Shown here: piece by piece, positions 40,951 through 55,431 of the stretch | How the letters are laid out: each line of letters opens with the position of its first letter | Numbering within the stretch: position 1 is the first letter of the stretch | DNA from: Octopus sinensis | Lineage: Eukaryota | Assembly (NCBI RefSeq): GCF_006345805.1 | Contig: NC_043017.1 | Location: 992,001-1,056,000 of the forward strand | DNA: 64,000 nt | Direction of reading: 5' to 3' | Position numbers and translations under genes: made by a program | The notes under the pieces: generated by a model | What the model saw: only the letters and a program-made list of their open reading frames with translations | What the model was told of the DNA's origin: nothing | Databases searched by the model: none

Positions 40951-42782
40951 TCTTTCACACACGGTAGAGTGCGAATAATATTCTTAAAGTCAACATTTAC
41001 CCACTCGTGACCACTTCTAGGCTTTGTCACTAACTCAGTTGTTAACAAAATTAGATGATGTTTACATTTTTAGATTGGTCACATCCTAAGCTACGTTTTC
41101 AGCTGTAAAACTTTTAAATTGGTTCAGACGAAAAAAAAGTTCGAGTCAAATACGTGAGGTCAAAAACAGGCGAGTAACGCCTGAAATCGACTTTGACTCC
41201 AAATATTATTATTAACATTTCAAAAGAAAACTATATTTAAAAATCAACTTTTCTGATAGATCTCCACTAGAGAAATACGACGATGCCAATTATATATATA
41301 TATATATAAAAGTTGGAAATAAAAATTTACTGTGGCCAGATATGCCGAAAAGAGTAACGCCTAAATTGAAATTCCAAATCATACGGTTGAAAATGGTGGG
41401 TAGCCATTCAGAGTTAGGTCTCTGAGGAAGTGCTTGGTGTTAACGGCATTGTCGGCCACGTTGCTGTAATTGGGGTGTGTGTGTGCGTGCATGCATGTGA
41501 GTGTGTGTGCATGCGGCGTGTGTGGGTTTGTGTGTGTGTGTTTGTGTGTGTATGCTCGGCGCATGTATGTCCTTGTGTTTGACCCGCCAAACGCTTGGCA
41601 CCAGAGGCGGTTTGATTAATTACACATAACTTAACGATTCAGCAGACGATTCCGATAGCAGATGCAAGTGACAGTAAAAGAAAAAAATAAGTACAGGGGT
41701 CCTTTTTGCTGCACTAAACCCTTCAAGGCGGTAGTCATTTTCGTTGATAACCAAAACAGTGAAAATGTATAACTAAATAAATAAATAAACATGGCGATGT
41801 GACCAACTTCTGAGGTTAATTAATCTTCGTGTGTTGTACGAACATTTTAAATTAAAATTATTATCTTAAATTAAGTTTCAGGAAAACAACTTATTATTGA
41901 CTAAGTGTGAACTCCGTATCGAAAGTAAAGTCAAATTTATTTTATATTTTAATTTTCGTTTTGTCACGGACTTCACATTTAGCTTCACGGTTTACTCAGC
42001 TCATTGAAAGTCACCAGGCGATTCTTCAAGACCTAAACTGAAGTAATCTTATAATAAATGTGTTTTATGATTAGTTTCTTTTGAATTAAGATATTCATTG
42101 ATGTTTTCGTTTGAAGTATTTCGTTGTATTTTACAGTTAATCAATGGATGTTTTTTGGCTTTCATCTTTTTAATTTTCATTAATTTCTTTCAGTTTTTGT
42201 TGCAGAGATGTAGATTAATGTAACAGATATCAATCAGCGTAATTAGTTCCTAATTGATCGTAATTATAACAGTAGTAACTGCTGTTGGTTTGTGTTTCTA
42301 GCTAAGTAGCCATTTAATTATCCAAATGGCCAGTCCATCGCTCCACATGTAAAGTAAGTATGATATCAACAACTAAAGAAGCCTTTCCATGGTTACAAGA
42401 TATGTTAAAAACAGCAGCCAAATGTACTTCGAATCGCACAATTATTGAAAAATCAGAAGAAGGTTATATTAGTTGAGGTAGGTTTAGTGCGCATGTCTGA
42501 ATATAAAAGAAACAAGAACTTGGAAAGCTTAAACTTGTGATTCTTTCTTCGTACTTAATTTGATGAGTTATGTGCTGGGGATTACGTAACAACAACAGCT
42601 TCGCCCATCATCACCACCACCACCACCATCAGCTTATAAAGGTGTATAATTTTGTAGTAGAAGTATCAATGGCAGTGGTGGTGCTGGTGTTGGTGGTGGT
42701 AGTAATAGTGGTAGCAATGTTGATGGTGTTAGCAGTAACAGTAATAGCAGTGATTGCAGGTTAGATTAGTAGTATAATAACA

Positions 42783-42990
<208 letters not shown>

Positions 42991-42994
42991 AGTA

Positions 42995-43690
42995 TTCAGT
43001 AGTCTTATTTTTATCCTGTGCTTTCACTGTGCTACCGAGCGCAGCTCTGTGTGCCTTGGGTATGTGCTGTGGTTTGTTGTGGTGCTCTTATTTCTACTGT
43101 ACTGAAAATGCTTTACGTAAGATGTGTGTAGTGCCTAGTGGTGCTATTTTCTGTATGTTATATATATTTGTAAGTCCTGTTGTTTCTGTTATGTATTTGT
43201 CTGAGTATATTTTTATCATACCTAATGCGCCTACTAAGAGAGGAATTGATTCTGTTTTTAGATTACTCATTCGAGTTACCTTTATTTCCCAGTCTTTGTA
43301 TTTTGAAAGTTTCGTTTCTTTTTAAGAAACATTGTCATCTGTGGTATTGATCCATCGATTAGAAAGCATTTTCTTTTCTTGCTGAACTCTGACAACTATA
43401 TCGTGCCTATAAGGCTTAGTTTCTCTATCTGTGTTCCTGGCATATCCCATAGAGTGGTTGCTTTCTCATTTTCTGCGATCTTTCTCTCGTGTGTTAATAC
43501 AAACTTTTTTTTTTGTAATGATTCCACAGTTTTGGCATAGCTTCCTGTGTATATAGGTCTCAATTCTGTCGTGTCTCTGAATATATTCCTTCTTAGATAA
43601 TCATATTGTCTCTGGGCTGCCAGAAACAATATGGTTTATTGTTTCTTCTCCATCTCCACATGTTCTTCAGTTACTTGTATTTCTTTTCGC
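42995..43690 (-). mobile_element. R4/Dong-like non-LTR retrotransposon 3' fragment
   Basis: FLAAQRQ, ENEKATTLWDMP; 3'UTR gcacacagagctgcgctcggtag homologous to 56134-56960; TAA tail. Confidence 0.8.
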
Positions 43691-44331
43691 GTAGAAGCCG
43701 CTTGCCCAAGGTGTCACGCAGTGGGACCGAACCCGGAACCATATGGTTCACAATCAAGCTAGATACCACACAGCCACGTCTATGCTTATGATTGAAAACG
43801 TTCCATTTTTCGAACACAGTCTAATTTCTTTGTCTTGTAGAGAAGATATTTTGTTCATTCTTGCTTGTCATACGTATAAATGACTTCCTTCCATAATTCG
43901 TCTGAGGAGGTAGCTGATATTTCTATTCGACAGACATGTATATGTATAGGATTTTATGTTGACGATAATTACTTTTGTTGACAGCGATGATTTCTCCAAA
44001 GATATCGCTACCACGGCCATCGGTAGTATTCTCATCACGTAAATGTCAATAATTTTCCATTTCAAATGCATGCAATGACACCATATTGCTGTTATTTTTG
44101 CTTTCGTCTTTAGAATCCTGAAAATAAATTCCCCCTTATAGCTTCAGCTTGGAGGGACGTTTGGTTCGATTGATGTAAAACTATTTAAACAAGACGAAAA
44201 ATTCCCATATGAACAAATAGCTCATATTATGCTTTGTCAGGATTCTGTATGGGAAAAAGTTCTCAGGTTGAAATACTGTTAATAAAAGAATAAACTTCCA
44301 GAAGTGTATAACAATAATAATAATAATAATA

Positions 44332-44375
<44 letters not shown>

Positions 44376-44379
44376 TAAT

Positions 44380-44849
44380 GGCATAAAAGATGGGCTACAG
44401 CAAATATTATGCTCAATACCACAGATATGCTTGTCAGTTCTTTGACCTGAACCAGTTGACCATGTTCCTTGGTGGCTGACAATATCAGCATTTCTGATCA
44501 CGAGCAGAAGTAGTGGGAGAGTATCAGAGCCATGTGTTGAAATTAATTCTTAGAGGTTTGAATAATTCCCCTTTGGAAATATGGGTGTTTCGTTCAACTT
44601 ACTTAAACAACCCTTATTAAGGGACCTTTTGGGCGGGATGGGTTACTCGACCAGAAGAAAATTCTAACTAGGCCCTACCTGCAAGGTCATATGCTGCCTA
44701 TCTTGATATGAAATCACCATGTCGCGGACATGTGGTTGAGATGCATGTGCCTGGTGTACCCTTATCAAACGGATAGTCATGATGGGTATTCTGGGCTTCG
44801 TATATTTTACCCCATTGTCACTTTGATGACATGCACTGCTCTCTCACTC
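44380..44849 (+). mobile_element. non-coding (TAA)n-flanked interspersed element, 5'-truncated copy
   Basis: Reverse-complement homolog of 55478-56035 throughout; ends gcactgctctctcactc+(AAT)n. Confidence 0.85.
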
Positions 44850-44983
44850 AATAATGATAATAATGATGATGATGATGATAATAATAATAATGATAATAAT
44901 AATAATAATAATTATTATTATTATTATTATTATTATCATTATTATTATTATTATTATTGTTGTTGCTGTTGTTATTATTATTA

Positions 44984-45026
<43 letters not shown>

Positions 45027-45029
45027 ATG

Positions 45030-45215
45030 GTTTCAAATTTTACCGCCGAGCAGCAGTTTTGGGGCCGGGTATAGTCGATTACAGCGATCCCAGTACTTGG
45101 CAGATATTTAATTTATCGACACCGTCGGAATTCGAACTCAGAACGTAGCGGCAGACGGAATGCCGCTAAGCATTTCGTCTGACACGGTACCGAATATGCT
45201 AGCTTGTCGCCTTAA
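45030..45215 (-). mobile_element. SINE family A copy
   Basis: atttatcgac...ggaattcgaactcagaacgtagcggcagacggaatgccgctaagcatttcg. Confidence 0.75.
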
Positions 45216-45622
45216 CAACAACAACAACAACAACAGCAACATAAAAAGCAGCAGCAGCAGTAGCAGTGGCAGTAATAATAATTATAAAAGAAACTCTGAG
45301 AAGACGATGTATGACATCTTTAAAAAGACAACTTACTCTCTAGTCAATGAGATAAAAATGTTTACTCTTTTGACAAGAATTTCCTTTATCTCAAATGTAT
45401 ATTTAATGAAGAGTCATAGATTGAGAAATGCATCGCTAACGCCGAACAGCGGTCATTTATCATCTAATAAATTAAACGTAATTTTTGAAGCATGCAATAA
45501 GATAATGCAGAAATGGTCATAGGAGGAAAGACGCAGCAAATAATACTTAAGACGCAGCCGCATACACGCTCACAGCCACACATACATCTGCACCCACGAA
45601 CGAACGTAGACACACACACACA

Positions 45623-45656
<34 letters not shown>

Positions 45657-46432
45657 GTCTGTCTCTCTCTGTCACCATGTCTTTCTCTTTCACACACATA
45701 TTTACGTGTAAGCAGAAACATAACGCATACAAAATGCCTGTTTGCCTTACTAAGCTTGTGGTTCGGTGCCTCTCTCTCTATAATGTATTATATGTACATG
45801 TATTAGATATATATATATATATTATATATTATATATATATATATATATAATATATATTATATATAATACAACACACACACTTGTCATGTGTATATATGTA
45901 TGGTATATATATACATACCTATACATATACACCTATATAAATTTATGTGTGTATATAACTACGTATATATATATATATATATATATAGTTATGTAACACA
46001 CAGATATTCTCTCTACTACTACTACAACTGCTACTTTCTTATTCTTTGTAATGTAGGCAGAAAGCCTGCCTTGAGAAGGTATTTGTGAATTTCAATAAAG
46101 AAGAATGATTGTACCAGTGTGTGAAGCTTCTCGTTTAGGAACATGCGGGGGGAGGATACGTGTGTGTGTTTCTGGTTTTATAGACGTCTTTACAGATGAA
46201 TATCGAAATATTTATGATAGCGTATAGTATATTCTGCTGCTAATTTATGGAAGTGTGTGTACTTACATAAATACACGCATACATACACACACACAGATGT
46301 GGCTTATATACTATATAATATAATATATATAATGTGGTGGTGTATGGTGGTGTGTGTGTGTGTTATATATATATATTATATATATATCTATATTATATAT
46401 ATTATATATATATATAATATATATATATTGTT

Positions 46433-46464
<32 letters not shown>

Positions 46465-46509
46465 TGTATGTATGTATGTATGTATATATGTATGTATATT
46501 TATTATCTA

Positions 46510-46990
46510 TGGAAGGGAATTCTTTTAGAAGCAGTAAATAAACGCAATTTATGTACCGGGAGGAATATTCACCAACATTCGCCATATTTTATTTGAGCAG
46601 AACGTATATGACGATTAACATTTAACCCGTGTACACACCGGACTGTCCGAAGAAGATTCGGTGAGGAAGCTTTTGAAATATGAAGAGATGATGAAGCAAT
46701 GCGGAAAATAATACTGGCGTGAGCACCGCTAGCCAACAGAGGAACCTACTATTTTACAATTCACTACCTGAGCACCCTTCATAATCGAAGCTGCAGAGAA
46801 GTCAGTGAACAGCTTTGGATTAAAATGGCTCACTCGTGTTTCCGAACAGTTGGGATACAAACTCGAAGTCGAGCAATCCAGTGGGTGGCAACAGGGCATG
46901 TTTATCTGAGTATCAAAAATCCGAAACACCCTAAGATACCAGGCAATATGACTGACTATACATTCTAACGCATCCACCACGGTTCGGAAT
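46510..46990 (+). mobile_element. Hero/NeSL-like non-LTR retrotransposon 3' remnant (RLE C-terminus and 3'UTR)
   Basis: Decayed GLSEEDSVRKLLKYEEMMKQCGK*YW (E..ERKxxKY..L...C...GW) and EAAEK..QLWIK (EAAEKASxWLWxK); ccgaaacaccc 3'UTR motif. Clade assignment is from recalled motifs. Confidence 0.6.
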
Positions 46991-47676
46991 AACTTGATCA
47001 AAAATTGATTTTCAGCATTTTGAGAGATCTAACGACAGATCTACTAGAAAATCAGTGTTGTTTAAGGGCGAAATAAAATTATATGTTTACAAGGAAAAGA
47101 CATCGATTATATCGAGGGAGCTCACAGTCACCGGAGAAAGTGTCACAGATACTGAGTGCGCCGAAAAACCTTGTACAAGGTTGAATCCGGATCAGCAATC
47201 TTGAAATTTGGGATTCCTATGTTTTCATTTCTGCAATAGATTTCGGCGATTTTTCTTACATGTTTTTTTGCGACAAATATGATCATCATTGGGATATAAA
47301 TCTGGAAGTAGCAATTGCAAGAAATTCTCCAAAACAAGTCAGAGATCTGTTTGCAGATCATCTCAATAGGGGACCACTTGATAAACAGTTATGTACTAAC
47401 TCAAAAGCGTCCCGATAGGGCAGCTTTTAAACTAGTATATACATACATATATACTCATACATACCCCACCCCATATATATATATATATATAACTTTGTAC
47501 ATACACACACATACATACATGCATAGATATAGATACATACATATTAAACGCTTGACACTAATTTCAGCAGTTTTTTTGCTCTACTAACTTCATACGCAAA
47601 GAAATTCACTCCGGTGTAGAAATGAATTCCGACTTACGCTGAATAATCTCACAGCCGTGTTAAGTAGTATCTTTTA

Positions 47677-48593
47677 CATTGGTGAACAAAGACATTTTTT
47701 TCTTCATAGTTCTAGTATAATCCGAATAGTTTTGTTTTCGAAAACCAACATGTCAGTTTTAGCGACTCACAATAGGCAGCTCATATTATTTTCTCTATGT
47801 TACATCCAGTATATTTGCTTATCACTAACCGATTATTTATTTCCTTTCGATCACTCAGTTACAACTAGCCAAGGCTATTGTTGCAATAATTCACAATCAC
47901 TGACCCTTATTGGAAACGATGTAACACTGCAAGTGTAAATGATCCCAACCGTTTTTGCTATATTTGTGGACTCTTCACTCCAGAAAGCATTAACTATCAC
48001 CAAGCAGTCCGATTAAGCTGCAAAGCCTACATTAAAATCCCATCAGGCGACCGGGACAAGAAATGCGTGCCCCATACAGTGCGTAGATCTTGTGTAAATA
48101 ACCCGAGTGAATGGATGATTGGAAAGCGGGGCTCAGGTTCGTCTTTCGCCATAACAATTGTGTGGCGAGAAACCAGAGGCCATAATAATGATTGCTACTT
48201 CTGCCTTAAAAACATGAAAGGGATAGCTGTCAAGACACGAACTACAATGCAATACAGCAATATCACTTCAGCAATCTCACCAGTAATACACAGTGAAAAA
48301 TTACCGGTTTCAGTTTCACCTGCTGAACAGGAGCAAAACACGGATTCTGATTCCAGTAGCAGCTCTTGGGATGATGACTATCAAGACGAACCCCAGCTAC
48401 ATGAACATATACCGTTTAACTAGGGAGCACTTCATGATCTTATTAGGACCCCAGATTTGTCTAAAGAAAAGGCAGAGGAACTGGGATTCAGTTTGAACCA
48501 ACGTAACCTGCTGAAACCCGGCGTTCAAATCACAACTACTCATCTTCGGCATGAAAAATGTCCGGCATTTTTCAAAATGGAAAATAAATGTTG

Positions 48594-48595
<2 letters not shown>
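47677..48595 (+). mobile_element. Chapaev3-like (CMC) DNA transposon 5' remnant
   Basis: cattggtgaacaaa terminus; VNDPNRFCYICG, GDRDKKCVPH, FAITIVWRETRGHNNDCYFC, SAISPVIHS, LSKEKAEELG..LNQRNLL. Confidence 0.75.
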
Positions 48596-48639
<44 letters not shown>

Positions 48640-49366
48640 GTCTATCTATCTGTTTGACTGTCTGTTTGTCTGTCTATCAATCTATCTCTTTATTCCTCTA
48701 CTTATATATCTATATATGTATGCGTATATGTATCTATGTATGTGTATAAGTATGTATGCATATATATATATAAACATGTATCTGTACAAGCACACACTGA
48801 CACACACATACATGCACACATACGCACACTCACACACACACACACTCACTCACACACACACACAAACATTTCTAACTGAAGTTTGAAATGCGCTTGAAAT
48901 ATAACAATGAGTGAAACTGAATGCAAAATATTTCGAAGCCGCAATAATAAAATCGCGAACAATAAATTATTTATTGTTAATATTTGTTATATTGATATAC
49001 CTGGAAACGAGGAGATCCTTATTAGATATCATAAATGCGTAAACTCAATACTCGGTACTTGAGGCAATTCTGAATAGTTTGTCAAATAATATACGGTTTC
49101 ATGACAAAATCAGAGCTTTTCGCTCGGAATATACCTCCTAATAAGCATAAATAATCATATGTCGATTATGCATAGAATATTCTTGCGCAGTTTCCTGTTT
49201 CATTTTAAACGTTTTCCTCTCGGCATACGAAGGAAAGTTATTCAATTCTTATCCTGCGTTAAGAATTCGAATTATTATTGCAAAAAGTGAAAATTAACCA
49301 GTCACGTTTATGGCTGAACAACTTTCGCCTTGTTTTCTTTACCCTTATTAGGACTTGGAATTTGTA

Positions 49367-49515
49367 AGAGGCGTGGCTGTGTGACAAGAAGCTTGCTTAC
49401 CACCCACACAGCTCTGAGGGTGGTCTCACTGCGGGGCACATTGTGGAAGTGTCTTCTACTATAGCCTTGTGAGTGGATTTGGTAGACGGAAATTGAAAAA
49501 AGCCTGTCGTATACA
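49367..49515 (+). mobile_element. SINE family B 5' half
   Basis: ggcgtggctgtgtgacaagaagcttgctt...aagtgtcttctactatagcc...gtggatttggtagacggaaa. Confidence 0.8.
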
Positions 49516-49595
49516 TGCATATATTCAAAAACAACATGAGCACTCTCTCTTCGGAGAACAATTTTATTCTTTATATGAACTAATACACACTATCC

Positions 49596-49640
<45 letters not shown>

Positions 49641-50734
49641 CACACACTCACGCACACTCACAGGCACGCACGCATACACATACATGTCGATAACTACCAA
49701 TGAATCTAGATAACTCTTTTCTTTAAAACCAGTCAAATATTTATGCTGATAGAATATTTAAATCACCTGAAAGAGGGCAAAGGTGATTAGTAACAATGGA
49801 AATTATTTCATTGAATAAAATTTATTGAAACTTCAATTATGTATATCACTTTTTGCCGGACGACCTAATCGATAAATCATGAGATATTGTGACAATTCAT
49901 TATCCGTTGATGCCACTACACTCAATCTGATAAATACTTGCAAGGTAGACCAGCAAATGATCTTTGGAAAAAAAGTACCCTCTCAACCCTCGTAAGTTTG
50001 TTGTATGCACTGCTAAACAGTGGTCAGTTGTGCTGGAGTGTTCCCAAATAACAACCATCTTGATGGTACTAGCAGGAGTTATGATATCATACCTGCTGAA
50101 CATTGTAAATCACCTGCGTTGGCCAAACAAGCTACATAACAACTAAAAATTGGCAACACCTGTAATATACAAAGACAGAAATGCAATCACCTTCCGTATG
50201 CCGGAGATGATACATTGTTCATAATTTGTAACGAAACCTCTCCTCCGAACAATTAAAAATGTTTCCCCGACACACTGTTCAATGCCAGACTTCAAGCTTG
50301 TGTTAACAACTGCGCCATTGTATTCAAATCTAACGCCAAACACTGTAAACGGAAAGAAGCGAAACTAAATTACCCAGCACGAGAATTCTACTTGGCTGCA
50401 GTGAGGATGCAACAGCATTCATAGAAAGTGACATGTCTGGCCGAGAATTTCGTATGCTAAGTAAAGTTTACACAGCATGGTGTAATGATAGACTGGCTTC
50501 TTGTATATCTGGAAGCATTCCACTTATTTCGTCGCATACCACATACACGCAGGCATACACACCATTTCACACTGTCATATGGACACATACACATGCATGC
50601 AGTTACATATACATAGACATATATCAGCAGATGTTAACACTGGTCACGCAGGGCAACGGAAATAGAACTTCGTTTTGAATACAATGACGACGACAACGTA
50701 GGCAATAACAACAACAACAACAACAACAACAATG

Positions 50735-50791
<57 letters not shown>

Positions 50792-51215
50792 TGAGAAGTC
50801 TATAGATTTTTTATATCTTAACTACAATGTGATTTTCCTTAGATGTGATGTTTTAAAACTTCTGCTAGAACTTTGAGATGCAGTTCATAGATTTCTATAT
50901 CTTAGCTATGCTATGTCCAGCTTGCGGACCCTCTTCTCAAAAATCCTCTCCCCCTTGCCCCAATCCTCTGCCAGGCCTGTCAACTATTTGTCCATTCAAA
51001 CAGCCTGTACTAGTAGACTCAGCACACCGGCTCACCTATGTAGTACCGCAGCAACGTCAGTAGGTAAACCAATCATTTGTTGTCCAAATAGAGCAAGAGA
51101 GACGATATTAGGATCTCTAGCACTTAAATTAATAATATAATTATAGTAATAATAGTGAAATTATAATAGTGAACAATATATAATAACTCAGGAGGATTAT
51201 CATATTATAGGTATG

Positions 51216-51250
<35 letters not shown>

Positions 51251-51493
51251 ATATATATAATATTATATATATATTATATATTATATATATATATAAGATA
51301 ATATATGTATTTTCATATGTATACACACAGGCCCACACATATGACAGCCTAACGAATGCAAGTTGGCTAAAATTTCGATCACAATGTCAGCGTTTTTTTA
51401 GAAGTTTAAGGAACATGCGGTCTATAAAAAAGCTATTACTTAATTCACCACTAATACTAAAGAGCCCTACATGATATAATAAATACATACACA

Positions 51494-51539
<46 letters not shown>

Positions 51540-51671
51540 GCGCGCACACACACATACACACACACATATATATGTATGTATATATATACAGTAGGAAATA
51601 TAATTCCAAATCTTACAGGGAAAAATTCAATTTAACAATTTTAAATCAAATTTCACAATATATAATATATG

Positions 51672-51952
51672 TATATAATTTAGTGGAAAACCGCAATATT
51701 AAACAATTCAATAATAGAAGATGTTATTCACACTTTATAGAAAACATATACTATAAAAAAAAACTTATTCTAAAAATCAATAAAATACAATAAATAGTAA
51801 ATAGTAACTAGTATTTACTATTTACTATTTACAATTTATTGTATTTTATTGGTTTTTAGAATAAGGTATTTTTTTTAAAGTATACATTTTCTATAAAGTG
51901 TAAATAACATCTTCATTATCGAATTGTTTAATATAGCGGTTTTACTCTAAAT

Positions 51953-51959
<7 letters not shown>
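51672..51959. repeat. AT-rich fold-back (~130-bp arms)
   Basis: gaagatgttattcacactttatagaaaa vs ttttctataaagtgtaaataacatcttc; cttattctaaaaatcaataaaatacaataaat vs atttattgtattttattggtttttagaataag. Confidence 0.9.
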
Positions 51960-51986
<27 letters not shown>

Positions 51987-52074
51987 CTATAATATTATAT
52001 ATATAAATATATAATATATATATATATAAATATATAAAATATATATATATATATATAATATATAATATATATAA

Positions 52075-52105
<31 letters not shown>

Positions 52106-52191
52106 CTATATATATATATATATATCTATATATGATTGATGATTGATTGATTGATTCCAGTTCCAGCCTATGAGCTGTGGCCATGCTGGGG

Positions 52192-52240
<49 letters not shown>

Positions 52241-52984
52241 CGTATATATCTATACGTATATATCTATTTGCATATATATGTCTGCATTATGTGTATTAAT
52301 GTGAAATAGAGAGAGACTGAGTGACGGCTATCTTTGGGTATTATTTTCGAAGAGTTTTTCATGTAAACCCATTTACAATAAATATTCAGTCTTTATCGGT
52401 AAACAACGACTGCGACGTGCGCCATTTTGTTTCTTTCCAGGAACAAATGCAACGCCTATAAATAGGCAAGAATTATAATGCGTGGCCCGCCTAAGATATA
52501 AAAACTCTGCAATGCTATTTTTGCTGCTTAGCATAAAGAATAGCAGCCACAACATCTTCTTTTGATTTTACATGCATATTTCCTATAAATGTACGAGATA
52601 CGTAAATTTTCGTATATAATTTTGTTGCTCAAATTACTTGAATTTAAACAGGAAAACGTTTCTTACACCCCATTGTTTTAATATATTACATAAGCGCACA
52701 TTCAGCTGTCGTTAACACTATTCATTTATTGACCATGGGCCATCCCGCAGCACAGTCTTTATGTGCCTAATTTAATATAATCGATTAATCCTGGTCAAAA
52801 TTTATAGATCGCTTTATATCAGAGGTGGCTTTATGTGTACAAAAGATTTACGACAATACATATAGGAATGCAAACATCTATGAACGCAAATACAAACAGA
52901 ACGTCTTCAACACATGTACACCTGCCCATGCATAGACACCCCACCACTGCGTACATATACACAGACGTATATATATATATAGAT

Positions 52985-53200
52985 ATATACTTTATTTCAT
53001 GTTGCTCCAGTCCACTCAGCTGGCGAAAATGAGTATTATCTGTCTTTCAAAGGCAAGATTTATTATGTCATACTGAACTTCCCAGTGGACTAGGTTAAGA
53101 GTACGCGTGTCTGTGAAGTGCTCAGCCACTTGCACGTTAATTTTATGTGCACGCAATTCCGTTGATCGGATCAACTGGAACCCTCGCCGTCGTACACTAT
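52985..53200 (+). mobile_element. third SINE-like family, body/3' part (also 62725-62775)
   Basis: actttatttcatgttgctccagt shared with 62746-62768 (cttgagcaagacactttatttcacgttgctccagt). Confidence 0.55.
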
Positions 53201-53247
53201 AAAGTGCATACATACACACGCATACGTACACACACGCACACACACAC

Positions 53248-53286
<39 letters not shown>

Positions 53287-53318
53287 CACACAAATACATG
53301 CTCACACATATATATACA

Positions 53319-54060
53319 CAGGGTTCAGAGAATAAAATGTCGTCTAAATTACGCAAAAGTGAAAACGACATTGACATCTCATTTTAAGAGATATGTTTAT
53401 CAAAATTACATAAATATATCTTGAAATACTAAAGAGTATATTTCTTCAATGAAATCACCATTGGCTTCGACCACGGCTTCCAGAGGACTTCGGAATCTCT
53501 TGCATCTCTTCTGGATGGTCTCCTTGTTTAAGCTGATGAATGCTGCCATAATCCTTGCTTTCAGTTAATCTTTGGTGTTTAAAGAAGTTTTGTTGTTCTC
53601 TCTCTCAACTGCAACCCACCCATAATATCACGGGAATTGAGGTCTGGGGAGTCAGGTGTGATGTGGTCGCAGATATTAGCTGAGGGCCTTAATTAGGCTC
53701 CACTACTTGTGTGTCATGGTGCAGAGTCCTGCTACCAGACATAGTATTATCCAGCAGACCCAAGGCAGCATTAACTTCTCCAGGCAATTGACATAGATAT
53801 CTCTGTTGAAACTGAGGCCGTGTGGGAAGATGAATGGAGGCAGAAGTTTGCCATTAGTAGAGATCAAGCAGGCAGCATTATGTTGACGGGAAGTTTGATT
53901 TTTATCGCACTCTGTACATGTCCTCAGATTGCACTCTCCTCAGATTCACACCCACACACTCTGAAATGTTCGTATAGGAGCTTCCGTCGAGATTGCCAAG
54001 CAGGACAGTGTGTCGTTTTCAAATTTCTGCCAGAGTGAATTGCATTATCTGCTGTTTTTC
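53319..54060 (-). mobile_element. Tc1/mariner (maT/DD37D-like) 3' remnant with TIR
   Basis: tgtcgtctaaattacgcaaaa matches the TIR at 10965-10988; minus strand gives QDSAP*HT, DSPDLNS and EAVVEANGDFIE. Confidence 0.85.
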
Positions 54061-54091
54061 TCACAGGCAATCCTTCACAGCCTATACACAA

Positions 54092-54166
<75 letters not shown>

Positions 54167-54241
54167 CATATATAATATATATATACATGTATATATATAT
54201 ATATCTACATACATATTACATATATATATATATATATATAT

Positions 54242-54455
54242 GAGATTGCCATGTTGATTCGCTAGCCTCTGCACGCATTTTTTTATCTCCTTGTTTCTCT
54301 CCGTGTTTCTTTTCTGTGTATCTTTCTGTTGAAGAGCGTAGGCTCGAAACGTAAAAGACTTGTTTTATTTATATTCCTGAGCGCCATACTAATACAATTG
54401 TTTGTTTGTATTCCACCTGCCTTCGTCTTTTGCTTATTTTCATAAAGCTTCCGGT

Positions 54456-54456
<1 letters not shown>
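54242..54456 (+). mobile_element. short hammerhead-bearing interspersed repeat, copy 2
   Basis: Homolog of 29248-29425; embedded in (TA)n on both sides. Confidence 0.8.
54321..54358 (+). ncRNA. minimal hammerhead-like motif (variant core CUGUUGA)
   Basis: UCUUU-CUGUUGA-A-GAGC-GUAG-GCUC-GAAAC-GUA-AAAGA. Confidence 0.55.
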
Positions 54457-54487
<31 letters not shown>

Positions 54488-54494
54488 CAATATT

Positions 54495-54630
54495 TTCTTG
54501 TTCAGTCATTAGATGCAGCAACGATGGGGCACCGCCTTGAGAAAGGTTTAGTCGAATGACTCGACCCCATGTCTATTTAGTTTTAAAAGCTTTGTGCTTA
54601 TTCTATCAATCTCTTTGCCGAACCGCAACA
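54495..54630 (-). mobile_element. SINE family B 3' half
   Basis: cttgttcagtcatt...gcaccgcc...tgcttattctatcaatctctttgccgaaccgc. Confidence 0.7.
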
Positions 54631-55385
54631 TACATACGTACTCATACATGCATACACACAAAGACACGCGCCCACATGCATACATATGTAATATGTACAT
54701 ACATATGCGTGCTATTGGCAACACCTTTAGAATATCGGATGTAATATGTTACGATTTTCCTGCGTTCCAAGTCTAAATGCCTAAAACTGCACTCAAGTAA
54801 TACTGCATCAAATATATTACTTATGATCAATATGGAATATTCGGTGTCTGCATGTACTATTAAGATATTAGCGAATTAGTAATAATAGTAATTCCTGATG
54901 CCAATTAATCCTCATTTACAATCGACAGGTCTATAATATGTTGAAGTGGCTACCACACCATTTCCGTCGTTACGAAATTCCATTCACAAAATATCCACAA
55001 AGCATCGTTTATTCCGTGAGTGTAACAGAATTGCAATTGCTGCGTTTTTTTTATTTGCTCGTGGGTCCTTGATACTATAGTTTGTCTGAAACTCAGAATC
55101 AATTTAGAGATTAATGTAAATGACTATAATCACATAAGGATTTAATTAATGTCATTCTTCCGTAATCTCTTGTATAAGAGATTAAAAGTAATGAGTAAAT
55201 AATGTAAAGAAAGTGTATATGTTTAAAGTAAAACGATCGACGAAGAAGCGGCATCTAGATGGCCATTTGTAACAGCGAAATCTCCCTGAAATTATGCCTT
55301 AACATCTAGGAAATATTCGTACTTTATTTACATTATTTACATTATTTATATTCGACGGATATTTGTCCTCATCATATTTGTGGTT

Positions 55386-55431
55386 AACACAACGTTTCGG
55401 CTGATATACCCTCCATCCTTCTTCAGGTGTT
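55386..55431 (-). ncRNA. minimal type I hammerhead motif (Penelope-type)
   Basis: AACAC-CUGAAGA-A-GGAUG-(10-nt loop)-CAGCC-GAAAC-GUU-GUGUU; stem I AACAC/GUGUU; palindromic AACGUU stem III. Confidence 0.65.

Noticed and set aside
49900-50420. Higher-complexity stretch with an HQDG-like word on the minus strand
   Set aside because: Possibly a very old Tc1-like relic, but the motifs are too decayed to call.
52418-52505. YY1-like gcgccattttg plus TATA-like boxes
   Set aside because: Short motifs are expected by chance in AT-rich DNA, and there is no downstream gene evidence.
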